64,000 nt of DNA from Camelus dromedarius (Eukaryota). Location: NCBI RefSeq assembly GCF_036321535.1, contig NC_087436.1, forward strand, positions 2,356,001 to 2,420,000, in the 5' to 3' direction. Of this stretch, positions 10,791 through 23,300 are shown piece after piece. Position 1 is the stretch's first letter. Each line of letters begins with the position of its first letter. The position numbers were made by a program, and so were the translations under genes. The notes beneath the pieces were generated by a model. It made no database searches. It had not been told where the DNA came from and saw only the letters and a list, made by a program, of their open reading frames with translations.

Positions 10791-13700
10791 ATTTAAAAGA
10801 ATCTTTGTGTCCCCAACAAGCTAGGTGAAGGACGGCTTTCACTCAAACTAATCTCTCTGAACTGAGCATGGGTAGAGAGCTTCGTTCATCTAGCACAAAG
10901 GGAACGGTTTGCAGGAGAAACTTATCTCTGTTTTCTCAGTCTGTTTCCTAGTGCCGGTTTGAAGTTCCTGCAGTTTTCACTGTAAAACAGAGTTGGAGCT
11001 AGTACCTCCCCATATATATGTATGGAGTGGAGTTTGCAACTGAAAAGAAACTTTGAGTTCCCAACAAGCTATGTGAAGGACGGCTTTCACAAACAATTAT
11101 CTCTCAGAACTGAGCAAGTGGAGAGACGTTCGTTCATTTAGCACAAAAAGAACGGTTTGCAGGAGAAACTTTTTCTCTGGTTTCTCAGTCTGTTTCCTGT
11201 TGCCGGTTTAAAGTTCCTGCAGTTTTCACTGTAAAACCGAGTTGGAGCTAGTACCTCCCCATATATATGTATGGAGTGTAGTTTGCAACTGAAAGGAACT
11301 TTGTGTTCCCAAGAATCTATGTGAAGGTCGGCTTTCACACACACTTATCTCTCAGAACTGAGCATGTGGAGAGACGTTCGTTCATCTAGCAAAAATGGAA
11401 CGGGTTGCAGGAGAAACTTTTACTCTGGATTCTCAGTCTGTTTCCTAGTGTCGGTTTGAAGTTCCTGCAGTTTTCACTGTAAAACCGAGTTGGAGCTTGT
11501 ACCTCCCCATATATATGTATGGAGTGGAGTTTGCAAGTGAAAAGAAACTTTGTGTTCCCAACAAGATAGGTGAAGGACCGCCTTCACACACACTTATCTC
11601 TCAGAACTGAGCATGTGGAGAGACGTTCGTTCATCTAGCAAAAATGGAACGGGTTGCAGGAGAAACTTTTACTCTGGATTCTCAGTCTGTTTCCTAGTGT
11701 CGGTTTGAAGTTCCTGCAGTTTTCACTGTAAAACCGAGTTGGAGCTTGTACCTCCCCATATATATGTATGGAGTGGAGTTTGCAAGTGAAAAGAAACTTT
11801 GTGTTCCCAACAAGATAGGTGAAGGACCGCCTTCACACACACTTATCTCTCAGAACTGAGCATGTGGAGAGACGTTCGTTCATCTAGAAAATGGGAACGG
11901 GTTGCAGGAGAAACTTTACTCTGGTTTCTCAGTCTGTTTCCTAGTGCCGGTTTGAAGTTCTTGCAGTTTTCACTGTAAAACCGAGTTGGAGCTAGTACCT
12001 CCCCATATATATGTATGGAGTTTAGTTTGCAATTGAAAAGAAACTTTGTGTTCCCAACAAGCTAGGTGAAGGACGGCTTTCACACACAATTATCTCTCAG
12101 AACTGAGCAAGTGGAGAGACGTTCGTTCATCTAGCACAAAAGGAAAGGTTTGCAGGAGAAACTTTTTCTCTGGTTTCTCAGTCTGTTTCCTGTTGCCGGT
12201 TTAAAGTTCCTGCAGTTTTCACTGTAAAACCGAGTTGGAGCTAGTACCTCCCCATATATATGTATGGAGTGTAGTTTGCAACTGAAAGGAACTTTGTGTT
12301 CCCAAGAATCTATGTGAAGGTCGGCTTTCACACACACTTATCTCTCAGAACTGAGCATGTGGAGAGACGTTCGTTCATCTAGCAAAAATGGAACGGGTTG
12401 CAGGAGAAACTTTTACTCTGGTTTCTCAGTCTGTTTCCTAGTGTCGGTTTGAAGTTCCTGCAGTTTTCACTGTAAAATCGAGTTGGAGCTAGTACCTCCC
12501 CATATATATGTATGGAGTTTAGTTTGCAATTGAAAAGAAACTTTGTGTTCCCAACAAGCTAGTTGAAGGACGGCTTTCACACACAATTATCTCTCAGAAC
12601 TGAGCAAGTGGAGAGACGTTCGTTCATCTAGCACAAAAGGAACGGTTTGCAGGAGAAACTTTTTCTCTGGTTTCTCAGTCTGTTTCCTGTTGCCGGTTTA
12701 AAGTTCCTGCAGTTTTCACTGTGAAACCGAGTTGGAGCTAGTACCTCCCCATATATATGTATGGAGTGTAGTTTGCAACTGAAAGGAACTTTGTGTTCCC
12801 AAGAATCTATGTGAAGGTCGGCTTTCACACACAATTATCTCTCAGAACTGAGCATGTGGAGAGACGTTCGTTCATGTAGCAAAAATGGAACTAGTTGCAG
12901 GAGAAACTTTTACTCTGGTTTCTCAGTCTGTTTCCTAGTGCCGGTTTGACGTTCCTGCAGTTTTCACTGTAAAACCGATTTGGATCTAGTACCTCCCCAA
13001 ATATATGTATGGAGTGGGGTTTGCAAGTGAAAAGAAACTTTGTGTTCCCAAAAAGCTGGTTGAAGGACGGCTTTCACACACACTTATCTCTCAGAACTGA
13101 GCATGTGGAGAGACGTTCGTTCATCTAGCAAAAATGGAACGGGTTGCAGGAGAAACTTTTACTCTGGTTTCTCAGTCTGTTTCCTAGTGCCGGTTTGAAG
13201 TTCCTGCAGTTTTCACTGTAAAATCGAGTTGGAGCTAGTACCTCCCCATATATATGTATGGAGTTTAGTTTGAAAATGAAAAGAAACTTTGTGTTCACAA
13301 CAAGCTAGGTGAAGGACGGCTTTCACACACACTTATCTCTCAGAACTGAGCATTTGGAGAGACTTTCGTTCATCTACCACAAAGGGAACGGGTTGCAGGA
13401 GAAACTTTTTCTCTGGTTTCTCAGTCTGTTTCCTGTTGCCGGTTTGAAGTTCCTGCAGTTTTCACTGTACAACCGAGTTGGTGCTAGTACCTCCCCATAT
13501 ATATGTATGGAGTGGAGTTTCAACTGAAAAGAAACTTTGTGTTCCCAAGAGACTAGGTGAAGGACGGCTTTCACACACACTTATCTCTCTGAACTGACAA
13601 TGTGTAGAGAGCTTCGTTCATCTAGCACAAAGTGAACGGGTTGCAGGGGAAACTTTTCTCTGGTTTCTCAGTCTGTTTCCTAGTGCCGGTTTGAAGTTCC

Positions 13701-14618
13701 TGCAGTTTTCACTGTAAAACCGATTTGGAGCTAGTACCTCCCCATATATATGTATGGAGTTTAGTTTGCAATTTAAAAGAATCTTTGTGTCCCCAACAAG
13801 CTAGGTGAAGGACGGCTTTCACTCAAACTAATCTCTCTGAACTGAGCATGGGTAGAGAGCTTCGTTCATCTAGCACAAAGGGAACGGTTTGCAGGAGAAA
13901 CTTATCTCTGTTTTCTCAGTCTGTTTCCTAGTGCCGGTTTGAAGTTCCTGCAGTTTTCACTGTAAAACAGAGTTGGAGCTAGTACCTCCCCATATATATG
14001 TATGGAGTGGAGTTTGCTACTGAAAAGAAACTTTGAGTTCCCAACAAGCTATGTGAAGGACGGCTTTCACAAACAATTATCTCTCAGAACTGAGCAAGTG
14101 GAGAGACGTTCGTTCATTTAGCACAAAAAGAACGGTTTGCAGGAGAAACTTTTTCTCTGGTTTCTCAGTCTGTTTCCTGTTGCCGGTTTAAAGTTCCTGC
14201 AGTTTTCACTGTAAAACCGAGTTGGAGCTAGTACCTCCCCATATATATGTATGGAGTGTAGTTTGCAACTGAAAGGAACTTTGTGTTCCCAAGAATCTAT
14301 GTGAAGGTCGGCTTTCACACACACTTATCTCTCAGAACTGAGCATGTGGAGAGACGTTCGTTCATCTAGCAAAAATGGAACGGGTTGCAGGAGAAACTTT
14401 TACTCTGGATTCTCAGTCTGTTTCCTAGTGTCGGTTTGAAGTTCCTGCAGTTTTCACTGTAAAACCGAGTTGGAGCTTGTACCTCCCCATATATATGTAT
14501 GGAGTGGAGTTTGCAAGTGAAAAGAAACTTTGTGTTCCCAACAAGATAGGTGAAGGACCGCCTTCACACACACTTATCTCTCAGAACTGAGCATGTGGAG
14601 AGACGTTCGTTCATCTAG
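9301..14618. repeat. 12-monomer duplication (2980 bp offset) = 11-mer plus one duplicated monomer
   Basis: ORF pairs 9648/12628, 10329/13309 and 11138/14118 are all offset by 2980. Shared private variants include TTCATTTAGCACAAAAAG and ACTCAAACTAATC. Confidence 0.88.
11345..11885. repeat. Single-monomer tandem duplication (249 bp)
   Basis: The private variants ACTCTGGATT and CAAGATAGGTGAAGGACCGCC occur in two adjacent monomers (CGGG at 11401 and 11650) but only once in the paralogous block at 14381-14570. Confidence 0.85.
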
Positions 14619-15204
14619 AAAAAGGGAACGGGTTGCAGGAGAAACTTTACTCTGGTTTCTCAGTCTGTTTCCTAGTGCCGGTTTGAAGTTCTTGCAGTTT
14701 TCACTGTAAAACCGAGTTGGAGCTAGTACCTCCCCATATATATGTATGGAGTTTAGTTTGCAATTGAAAAGAAACTTTGTGTTCCCAACAAGCTAGGTGA
14801 AGGACGGCTTTCACACACAATTATCTCTCAGAACTGAGCAAGTGGAGAGACGTTCGTTCATCTAGCACAAAAAGAACGGTTTGCAGGAGAAACTTTACTC
14901 TGGTTTCTCAGTCTGTTTCCTAGTGCCGGTTTCAATTTCCTGCAGTTTTCACTGTAAAACCGAGTTGGAGCTAGTACCTCCCCATATATATGTATGGAGT
15001 GGAGTTTGCAACTGAAAAGAAACTTTGAGTTCCCAACAAGCTAGGTGAAGGACGGCTTTCACACACAATTATCTCTCAGAACTGAGCAAGTGGAGAGACG
15101 TTCGTTCATCTAGTACAAAGGAACGGGTTGCAGGTGAAACTTTTTCTCTAGTTTCTCAGTCTGTTTCCTGTTGCCGGTTTAAAGTTCCTGCAGTTTTCAC
15201 TGTA

Positions 15205-18200
15205 AAACCGAGTTGCAGCTAGTACCTCCCCTTATATATGTATGGATTGGAGTTTGCAACGGAAAGGAACTTTGTGTTCCCAAGAAGCTAGGTGAAGGAC
15301 GGCTTTCACACACACTTATCTCTCAGAACTGAGCATGTGGAGACACGTTCGTTCATCTAGCACAAAGGGAACGGGTTGCAGGAGAAACTTTTACTCTGGT
15401 TTCTCAGACTGTTTCCTAGTGCCTGTTTGAAGTTCCTGCAGTTTTCACTGTAAAACCGAGTTGGAGCTTGTACCTCCCCTTATATATGTATGGAGTGGAG
15501 TTTGCAAGTGAAAAGAAACTTTGTGTTCCCAACAAGCTAGGTGAAGGACGGCTTTCACACACACTTATCTCTCAGAACTGAGCATGTGGAGAGACGTTCG
15601 TTCATCTAGAAAAAGGGAACGGTTTGCAGGAAAAACTTTACTCTGGTTTCTCAGTCTGTTTCTTAGTGCCGGTTTGAAGTTCCTGCAGTTTTCACTGTAA
15701 AACCGAGTTGGAGCTATTACCTTCCCATATATATGTATGGAGTTAGGTTTGCAAGTGAAAAGAAACTTTGTGTTCCCAAGAAGCTACGTGAAGGACGGCT
15801 TTCACACACACTTATCTCTCAGAACTGAGCATGTGGAGACACGTTCGTTCAGATAGCACAAAGGGAACGGGTTGCAGGAGAAACTTTTACTCTGGTTTCT
15901 CAGTCTGTTTCCTAGTGTCGGTTTGAAGTTCCTGCAGTTTTCACTGTAAAATCGAGTTGGAGCTAGTACCTCCCCATATATATGTATGGAGTTTAGTTTG
16001 CATTTGAAAAGAAACTTTGTGTTCCCAACAAATTAGGTGAAGGACGCCTTTCACACACAATTATCTCTCAGAACTCAGCAAGTGGAGAGACGTTCGTTCA
16101 TCTAGCACAAAAGGAACGGTTTGCAGGAGAAATTTTTTCTCTGGTTTCTCAGTCTGTTTCCTGTTGCCGGTTTAAAGTTCCTGCAGTTTTCACTGTAAAA
16201 CCGAGTTGGAGCTAGTACCTCCCCATATATATGTATGGATTGGAGTTTGCAACTGAAAGGAACTTTGTGTTCCCAAGAAGCTAGGTGAAGGACGGCTTTC
16301 ACACACACTTATCTCTCTGAACTGAGCATGTGGAGAGACGTTCGTTCATCTAGCACAAAGGGAACGGGTTGCAGGAGAAACTTTTACTCTGGTTTCTCAG
16401 TCTGTTTCCTAGTGCCGGATTGAAGTTCCTGCAGTTTTCACTGTAAAACCGAGTTGGAGCTTGTACCTCCCCATATATATGTATGGAGTGGAGTTTGCAA
16501 GTGAAAAGAAACTTTGTGTTCCCAACAAGCTAGGTGAAGGACGGCCTTCACACACACTTATCTCTCAGAACTGAGCATGTGGAGAGACGTTCGTTCATCT
16601 AGAAAAAGGGAACGGGTTGCAGGAGAAACTTTACTCTGGTTTCTCAGTCTGTTTCCTAGTGCCGGTTTGAAGTTCTTGCAGTTTTCACTGTAAAACCGAG
16701 TTGGAGCTAGTACCTCCCCATATATATGTATGGAGTTTAGTTTGCAATTGAAAAGAAACTTTGTGTTCCCAACAAGCTAGGTGAAGGACGGCTTTCACAC
16801 ACAATTATCTCTCAGAACTGAGCAAGTGGAGAGAGGTTCGTTCATCTAGCACAAAAGGAACGGTTTGCAGGAGAAACTTTTTGTCTGGTTTCTCAGTCTG
16901 TTTCCTGTTGCCGGTTTAAAGTTCCTGCAGTTTTCACTGTAAAACCGAGTTGGAGCTAGTACCTCCCCATATATATGTATGGAGTGTAGTTTGCAACTGA
17001 AAGGAACTTTGTGTTCCCAAGAATCTATGTGAAGGTCGGCTTTCACACACACTTATCTCTCAGAACTGAGCATGTGGAGAGACGTTCGTTCATCTAGCAA
17101 AAATGGAACGGGTTGCAGGAGAAACTTTTACTCTGGTTTCTCAGTCTGTTTCCTAGTGTCGGTTTGAAGTTCCTGCAGTTTTCACTGTAAAATCGAGTTG
17201 GAGCTAGTACCTCCCCATATATATGTATGGAGTTTAGTTTGCAATTGAAAAGAAACTTTGTGTTTCCAACAAGCTAGTTGAAGGACGGCTTTCACACACA
17301 AATATCTCTCAGAACTGAGCAAGTGGAGAGACGTTCGTTCATCTAGCACAAAAGGAACGGTTTGCAGGAGAAACTTTTTCTCTGGTTTCTCAGTCTGTTT
17401 CCTGTTGCCGGTTTAAAGTTCCTGCAGTTTTCACTGTGAAACCGAGTTGCAGCTAGTACCTCCCCTTATATATGTATGGATTGGAGTTTGCAACGGAAAG
17501 GAACTTTGTGTTCCAAAGAAGCTAGGGGAAGGACGGCTTTCACACACACTTATCTCTCAGAACTGAGCATGTGGAGACACGTTCGTTCATCTAGCACAAA
17601 GGGAACGGGTTGCAGGAGAAACTTTTACTCTGGTTTCTCAGACTGTTTCCTAGTGCCTGTTTGAAGTTCCTGCAGTTTTCACTGTAAAACCGAGTTGGAG
17701 CTTGTACCTCCCCTTATATATGTATGGAGTGGAGTTTGCAAGTGAAAAGAAACTTTGTGTTCCCAACAAGCTAGGTGAAGGACGGCTTTCACACACACTT
17801 ATCTCTCAGAACTGAGCATGTGGAGAGACGTTCGTTCATCTAGAAAAAGGGAACGGTTTGCAGGAAAAACTTTACTCTGGTTTCTCAGTCTGTTTCCTAG
17901 TGCCGGTTTGAAGTTCCTGCAGTTTTCACTGTAAAACCGAGTTTGAGGTAGTACCTTCCCATATATATGTATGGAGTTAGGTTTGCAAGTGAAAAGAAAC
18001 TTTGTGTTCCCAAGAAGCTACGTGAAGGACGGCTTTCACACACACTTATCTCTCAGAACTGAGCATGTGGAGACACGTTCGTTCAGCTAGCACAAAGGGA
18101 ACGGGTTGCAGGAGAAACTTTTACTCTGGTTTCTCAGTCTGTTTCCTAGTGTCGGTTTGAAGTTCCTGCAGTTTTCACTGTAAAATCGAGTTGGAGCTAG

Positions 18201-19680
18201 TACCTCCCCATATATATGTATGGAGTTTAGTTTGCATTTGAAAAGAAACTTTGTGTTCCCAACAAACTAGGTGAAGGACGCCTTTCACACACAATTATCT
18301 CTCAGAACTCAGCAAGTGGAGAGACGTTCGTTCATCTAGCACAAAGGGAACGGTTTGCAGGAGAAATTTTTTCTCTGGTTTCTCAGTCTGTTTCCTGTTG
18401 CCGGTTTAAAGTTCCTGCAGTTTTCACTGTAAAACCGAGTTGGAGCTAGTACCTCCCCATATATATGTATGGATTGGAGTTTGCAACTGAAAGGAACTTT
18501 GTGTTCCCAAGAAGCTAGGTGAAGGACGGCTTTCACACACACTTATCACTCTGAACTGAGCATGTGGAGAGACGTTCGTTCATCTAGCACAAAGGGAACG
18601 GGTTGCAGGAGAAACTTTTACTCTGGTTTCTCAGTCTGTTTCCTAGTGCCGGATTGAAGTTCCTGCAGTTTTCACTGTAAAACCGAGTTGGAGCTTGTAC
18701 CTCCCCATATATATGTATGGAGTGGAGTTTGCAAGTGAAAAGAAACTTTGTGTTCCCAACAAGCTAGGTGAAGGACGGCCTTCACACACACTTATCTCTC
18801 AGAACTGAGCATGTGGAGAGACGTTCGTTCATCTAGAAAAAGGGAACGGGTTGCAGGAGAAACTTTACTCTGGTTTCTCAGTCTGTTTCCTAGTGCCGGT
18901 TTGAAGTTCTTGCAGTTTTCACTGTAAAACCGAGTTGGAGCTAGTACCTCCCCATATATATGTATGGAGTTTAGTTTGCAATTGAAAAGAAACTTTGTGT
19001 TCCCAACAAGCTAGGTGAAGGACGGCTTTCACACACAATTATCTCTCAGAACTGAGCAAGTGGAGAGAGGTTCGTTCATCTAGCACAAAAGGAACGGTTT
19101 GCAGGAGAAACTTTTTGTCTGGTTTCTCAGTCTGTTTCCTGTTGCCGGTTTAAAGTTCCTGCAGTTTTCACTGTAAAACCGAGTTGGAGCTAGTACCTCC
19201 CCATATATATGTATGGAGTGTAGTTTGCAACTGAAAGGAACTTTGTGTTCCCAAGAATCTATGTGAAGGTCGGCTTTCACACACACTTATCTCTCAGAAC
19301 TGAGCATGTGGAGAGACGTTCGTTCATCTAGCAAAAATGGAACGGGTTGCAGGAGAAACTTTTACTCTGGTTTCTCAGTCTGTTTCCTAGTGTCGGTTTG
19401 AAGTTCCTGCAGTTTTCACTGTAAAATCGAGTTGGAGCTAGTACCTCCCCATATATATGTATGGAGTTTAGTTTGCAATTGAAAAGAAACTTTGTGTTCC
19501 CAACAAGCTAGTTGAAGGACGGCTTTCACACACAAATATCTCTCAGAACTGAGCAAGTGGAGAGACGTTCGTTCATCTAGCACAAAAGGAACGGTTTGCA
19601 GGAGAAACTTTTTCTCTGGTTTCTCAGTCTGTTTCCTGTTGCCGGTTTAAAGTTCCTGCAGTTTTCACTGTGAAACCGAG
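15205..19680. repeat. 9-monomer duplication (2234 bp period), two copies
   Basis: ORF pairs 16102/18336 and 16846/19080 are offset by 2234. The private string AGTTGCAGCTAGTACCTCCCCTTA...CAACGGAAAGG occurs at 15211 and 17445. Confidence 0.88.
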
Positions 19681-20330
19681 TTGGAGCTAGTACCTCCCCA
19701 TATATATGTATGGAGTGTAGTTTGCAACTGAAAGGAACTTTGTGTTCCCAAGAATCTATGTGAAGGTCGGCTTTCACACACACTTATCTCTCAGAACTGA
19801 GCATGTGGAGAGACGTTCGTTCATCTAGCAAAAATGGAACGGGTTGCAGGAGAAACTTTTACTCTGGTTTCTCAGTCTGTTTCCTAGTGTTGGTTTGATG
19901 TTCCTGCAGTTTTCACTGTAAAATCGAGTTGGAGCTAGTACCTCCCCATATATATGTATGGAGTTTAGTTTGCAATTGAAAAGAAACTTTGTGTTCCCAA
20001 CAAGCTAGTTGAAGGACGGCTTTCACACACAATTATCTCTCAGAACTGAGCAAGTGGAGAGACGTTCGTTCATCTAGCACAAAAGGAACGGTTTGCAGGA
20101 GAAACTTTTTCTCTGGTTTCTCAGTCTGTTTCCTGTTGCCGGTTTAAAGTTCCTGCAGTTTTCACTGTGAAACCGAGTTGGAGCTAGTACCTCCCCATAT
20201 ATATGTATGGAGTGTAGTTTGCAACTGAAAGGAACTTTGTGTTCCCAAGAATCTATGTGAAGGTCGGCTTTCACACACAATTATCTCTCAGAACTGAGCA
20301 TGTGGAGAGACGTTCATTCATCTAGCAAAA
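19080..20330. repeat. Run of 2-monomer units (497 bp period)
   Basis: ORFs at 19080, 19577 and 20074 are spaced by 497. A TGTTGCCGGTTTAAAG/AAGAATCTATG monomer alternates with an AAAAATGGAA/AAATCG/GCAATTG monomer. The same dimer spacing occurs at 3441/3938, 7661/8158 and 12131/12628. Confidence 0.82.
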
Positions 20331-23300
20331 ATGGAACGAGTTGCAGGAGAAACTTTTACTCTGGTTTCTCAGTCTGTTTCCTAGTGCCGGTTTGACGTTC
20401 CTGCAGTTTTCACTGTAAAACCGATTTGGATCTAGTACCTCCCCAAATATATGTATGGAGTGGGGTTTGCAAGTGAAAAGAAACTTTGTGTTCCCAAAAA
20501 GCTGGTTGAAGGACGGCTTTCACACACACTTATTTCTCAGAACTGAGCATGTGGAGAGATGTTCGTTCATCTAGCAAAAATGGAACGGGTTGCAGGAGAA
20601 ACTTTACTCTGGTTTCTCAGTCTGTTTCCTAGTGCCGGTTTCAAGTTCCTGCAGTTTTCGCTGTAAAACCGAGTTGGAACTAGTACCTCCCCATATATAT
20701 GTATGGAGTGGAGTTTGCAAGTGAAAAGAAACTTTGTGTTCCCAACAAGCTAGGTGAAGGACGGCTTTCACACACACTTATCTCTCAGAACTGAGCATGT
20801 GGAGAGACGTTCGTTCATCTAGAAAAAGGGAACGGTTTGCAGGAAAAACTTTACTCTGGTTTCTCAGTTTGTTTCCTAGTGCCGGTTTGAATTTCCTGCA
20901 GTTTTCACTGTAAAACCGAGTTGGAGCTAGTACCTTCCCATATATATGTATGGAGTTAGGTTTGCAAGTGAAAAGAAACTTTGTGTTCCCAAGAAGCTAC
21001 GTGAAGGACGGCTTTCACACACACTTATCTCTCAGAACTGAGCATGTGGAGACACGTTCGTTCAGCTAGCACAAAGGGAACGGGTTGCAGGAGAAACTTT
21101 TACTCTGGTTTCTCAGTCTGTTTCCTAGTGTCGGTTTGAAGTTCCTGCAGTTTTCACTGTAAAATCGAGTTGGAGCTAGTACCTCCCCATATATATGTAT
21201 GGAGTTTAGTTTGCATTTGAAAAGAAACTTTGTGTTCCCAACAAACTAGGTGAAGGATGGCTTTCACACACAATTATCTCTCAGAACTGAGCAAGTGGAG
21301 AGACGTTCGTTCATCTAGCACAAAAGGAACGGTTTGCAGGAGAAATTTTTTCTCTTGTTTCTCAGTCTGTTTCCTGTTGCCGGTTTAAAGTTCCTGCAGT
21401 TTTCAGTGTAAAATCGAGTTGGAGCTAGTACCTCCCCATATATATGTATGGAGTGTAGTTTGCAACTGAAAGGAACTTTGTGTTCGCAAGAATCTATGTG
21501 AAGGTCGGCTTTCACACACACTTATCTCTCAGAACTGAGCATGTGGAGACACGTTCGTTCATCTAGCACAAAGGGAACGGGTTGCAGGAGAAACTTTTAC
21601 TCTGGTTTCTCAGACTGTTTCCTAGTGCCTGTTTGAAGTTCCTGCAGTTTTCACTGTAAAACCGAGTTGGAGCTTGTACCTCCCCTTATATATGTATGCA
21701 GTGGAGTTTGCAAGTGAAAAGAAACTTTGTGTTCCCAACAAGCTAGGTGAAGGACGGCTTTCACACACACTTATCTCTCAGAACTGAGCATGTGGAGAGA
21801 CGTTCGTTCATCTAGAAAAAGGGAACGGTTTGCAGGAAAAACTTTACTCTGGTTTCTCAGTCTGTTTCCTAGTGCCGGTTTGAAGTTCCTGCAGTTTTCA
21901 CTGTAAAACCGAGTTGGAGCTAGTACCTTCCCATATATATGTATGGAGTTAGGTTTGCAAGTGAAAAGAAACTTTGTGTTCCCAAGAAGCTACGTGAAGG
22001 ACGGCTTTCACACACACTTATCTCTCAGAACTGAGCATGTGGAGACACGTTCGTTCAGCTAGCACAAAGGGAACGGGTTGCAGGAGAAACTTTTACTCTG
22101 GTTTCTCAGTCTGTTTCCTAGTGTCGGTTTGAAGTTCCTGCAGTTTTCACTGTAAAATCGAGTTGGAGCTAGTACCACCCCATATATATGTATGGAGTGG
22201 AGTTTGCAAGTGAAAAGAAACTTTGTGTTCCCAACAAGCTAGGTGATGGACGGCTTTCACACACACATATCTCTCAGAACTGAGCATGTGGAGACACGTT
22301 CGTTCAGCTAGCACAAATGGAACGGGTTGCAGGAGAAAGTTTTACTCTGGTTTTTCAGTCTGTTTCCTAGTGTCGGTTTGAAGTTCCTGCAGTTTTCACT
22401 GTAAAATCGAGTTGGAGCTAGTACCTCCCCATATATATGTATGGAGTTTAGTTTGCATTTGAAAAGAAACTTTGTGTTCCCAACAAGCTAGGTGAAGGAC
22501 GGCTTTCACACACAATTATCTCTCAGAACTGAGCAAGTGGAGAGACGTTCGTTCATCTAGCACAAAAGGAACGGTTTGCAGGAGAAACTTTTTCTCTGGT
22601 TTCTCAGTCTGTTTCCTGTTGCCGGTTTAAAGTTCCTGCAGTTTTCACTGTAAAACCGAGTTGGAGCTAGTACCTTCCCATATATATGTATGGAGTTTAG
22701 TTTGCAATTGAAAAGAAACTTTGTGTTCCCAACAAGCTAAGTGAAGGACGGCTTTCACACACAATTATCTCTCAGAACTGAGCAAGTGGAGAGACGTTCG
22801 TTCATCTAGCACAAAAGGAAAGGTTTGCAGGAGAAACTTTTTCTCTGGTTTCTCAGTCTGCTTCCTGTTGCCGGTTTAAAGTTCCTGCAGTTTTCACTGT
22901 AAAAGCGAGTTGGAGCTTGTACCTCCCCATATATATGTATGGAGTGTAGTTTGCAACTGAAAGGAACTTTGTGTTCCCAAGAAGCTATGTGAAGGTCGGC
23001 TTTCACACACACTTATCTCTCAGAACTGAGCATGTGGAGAGACGTTCGTTCATCTAGCAAAATGGGAACGGGTTGCAGGAGAAACTTTTACTGTGGTTTC
23101 TCAGTCTGTTTCCTAGTGCTGGTTTGACGTTCCTGCAGTTTTCACTGTAAAACCGAGTTTGAGGTAGTACCTCCCCGTATATATGTATGGAGTGGAGTTT
23201 GCAACTGAAAAGAATGTTTGTGTTCCCAACAAGCTAGGTGAAGGACGGCTTTCACACACACTTATCTCTCAGTAATGAGCATGTGGAGAGACGTTCGTTC

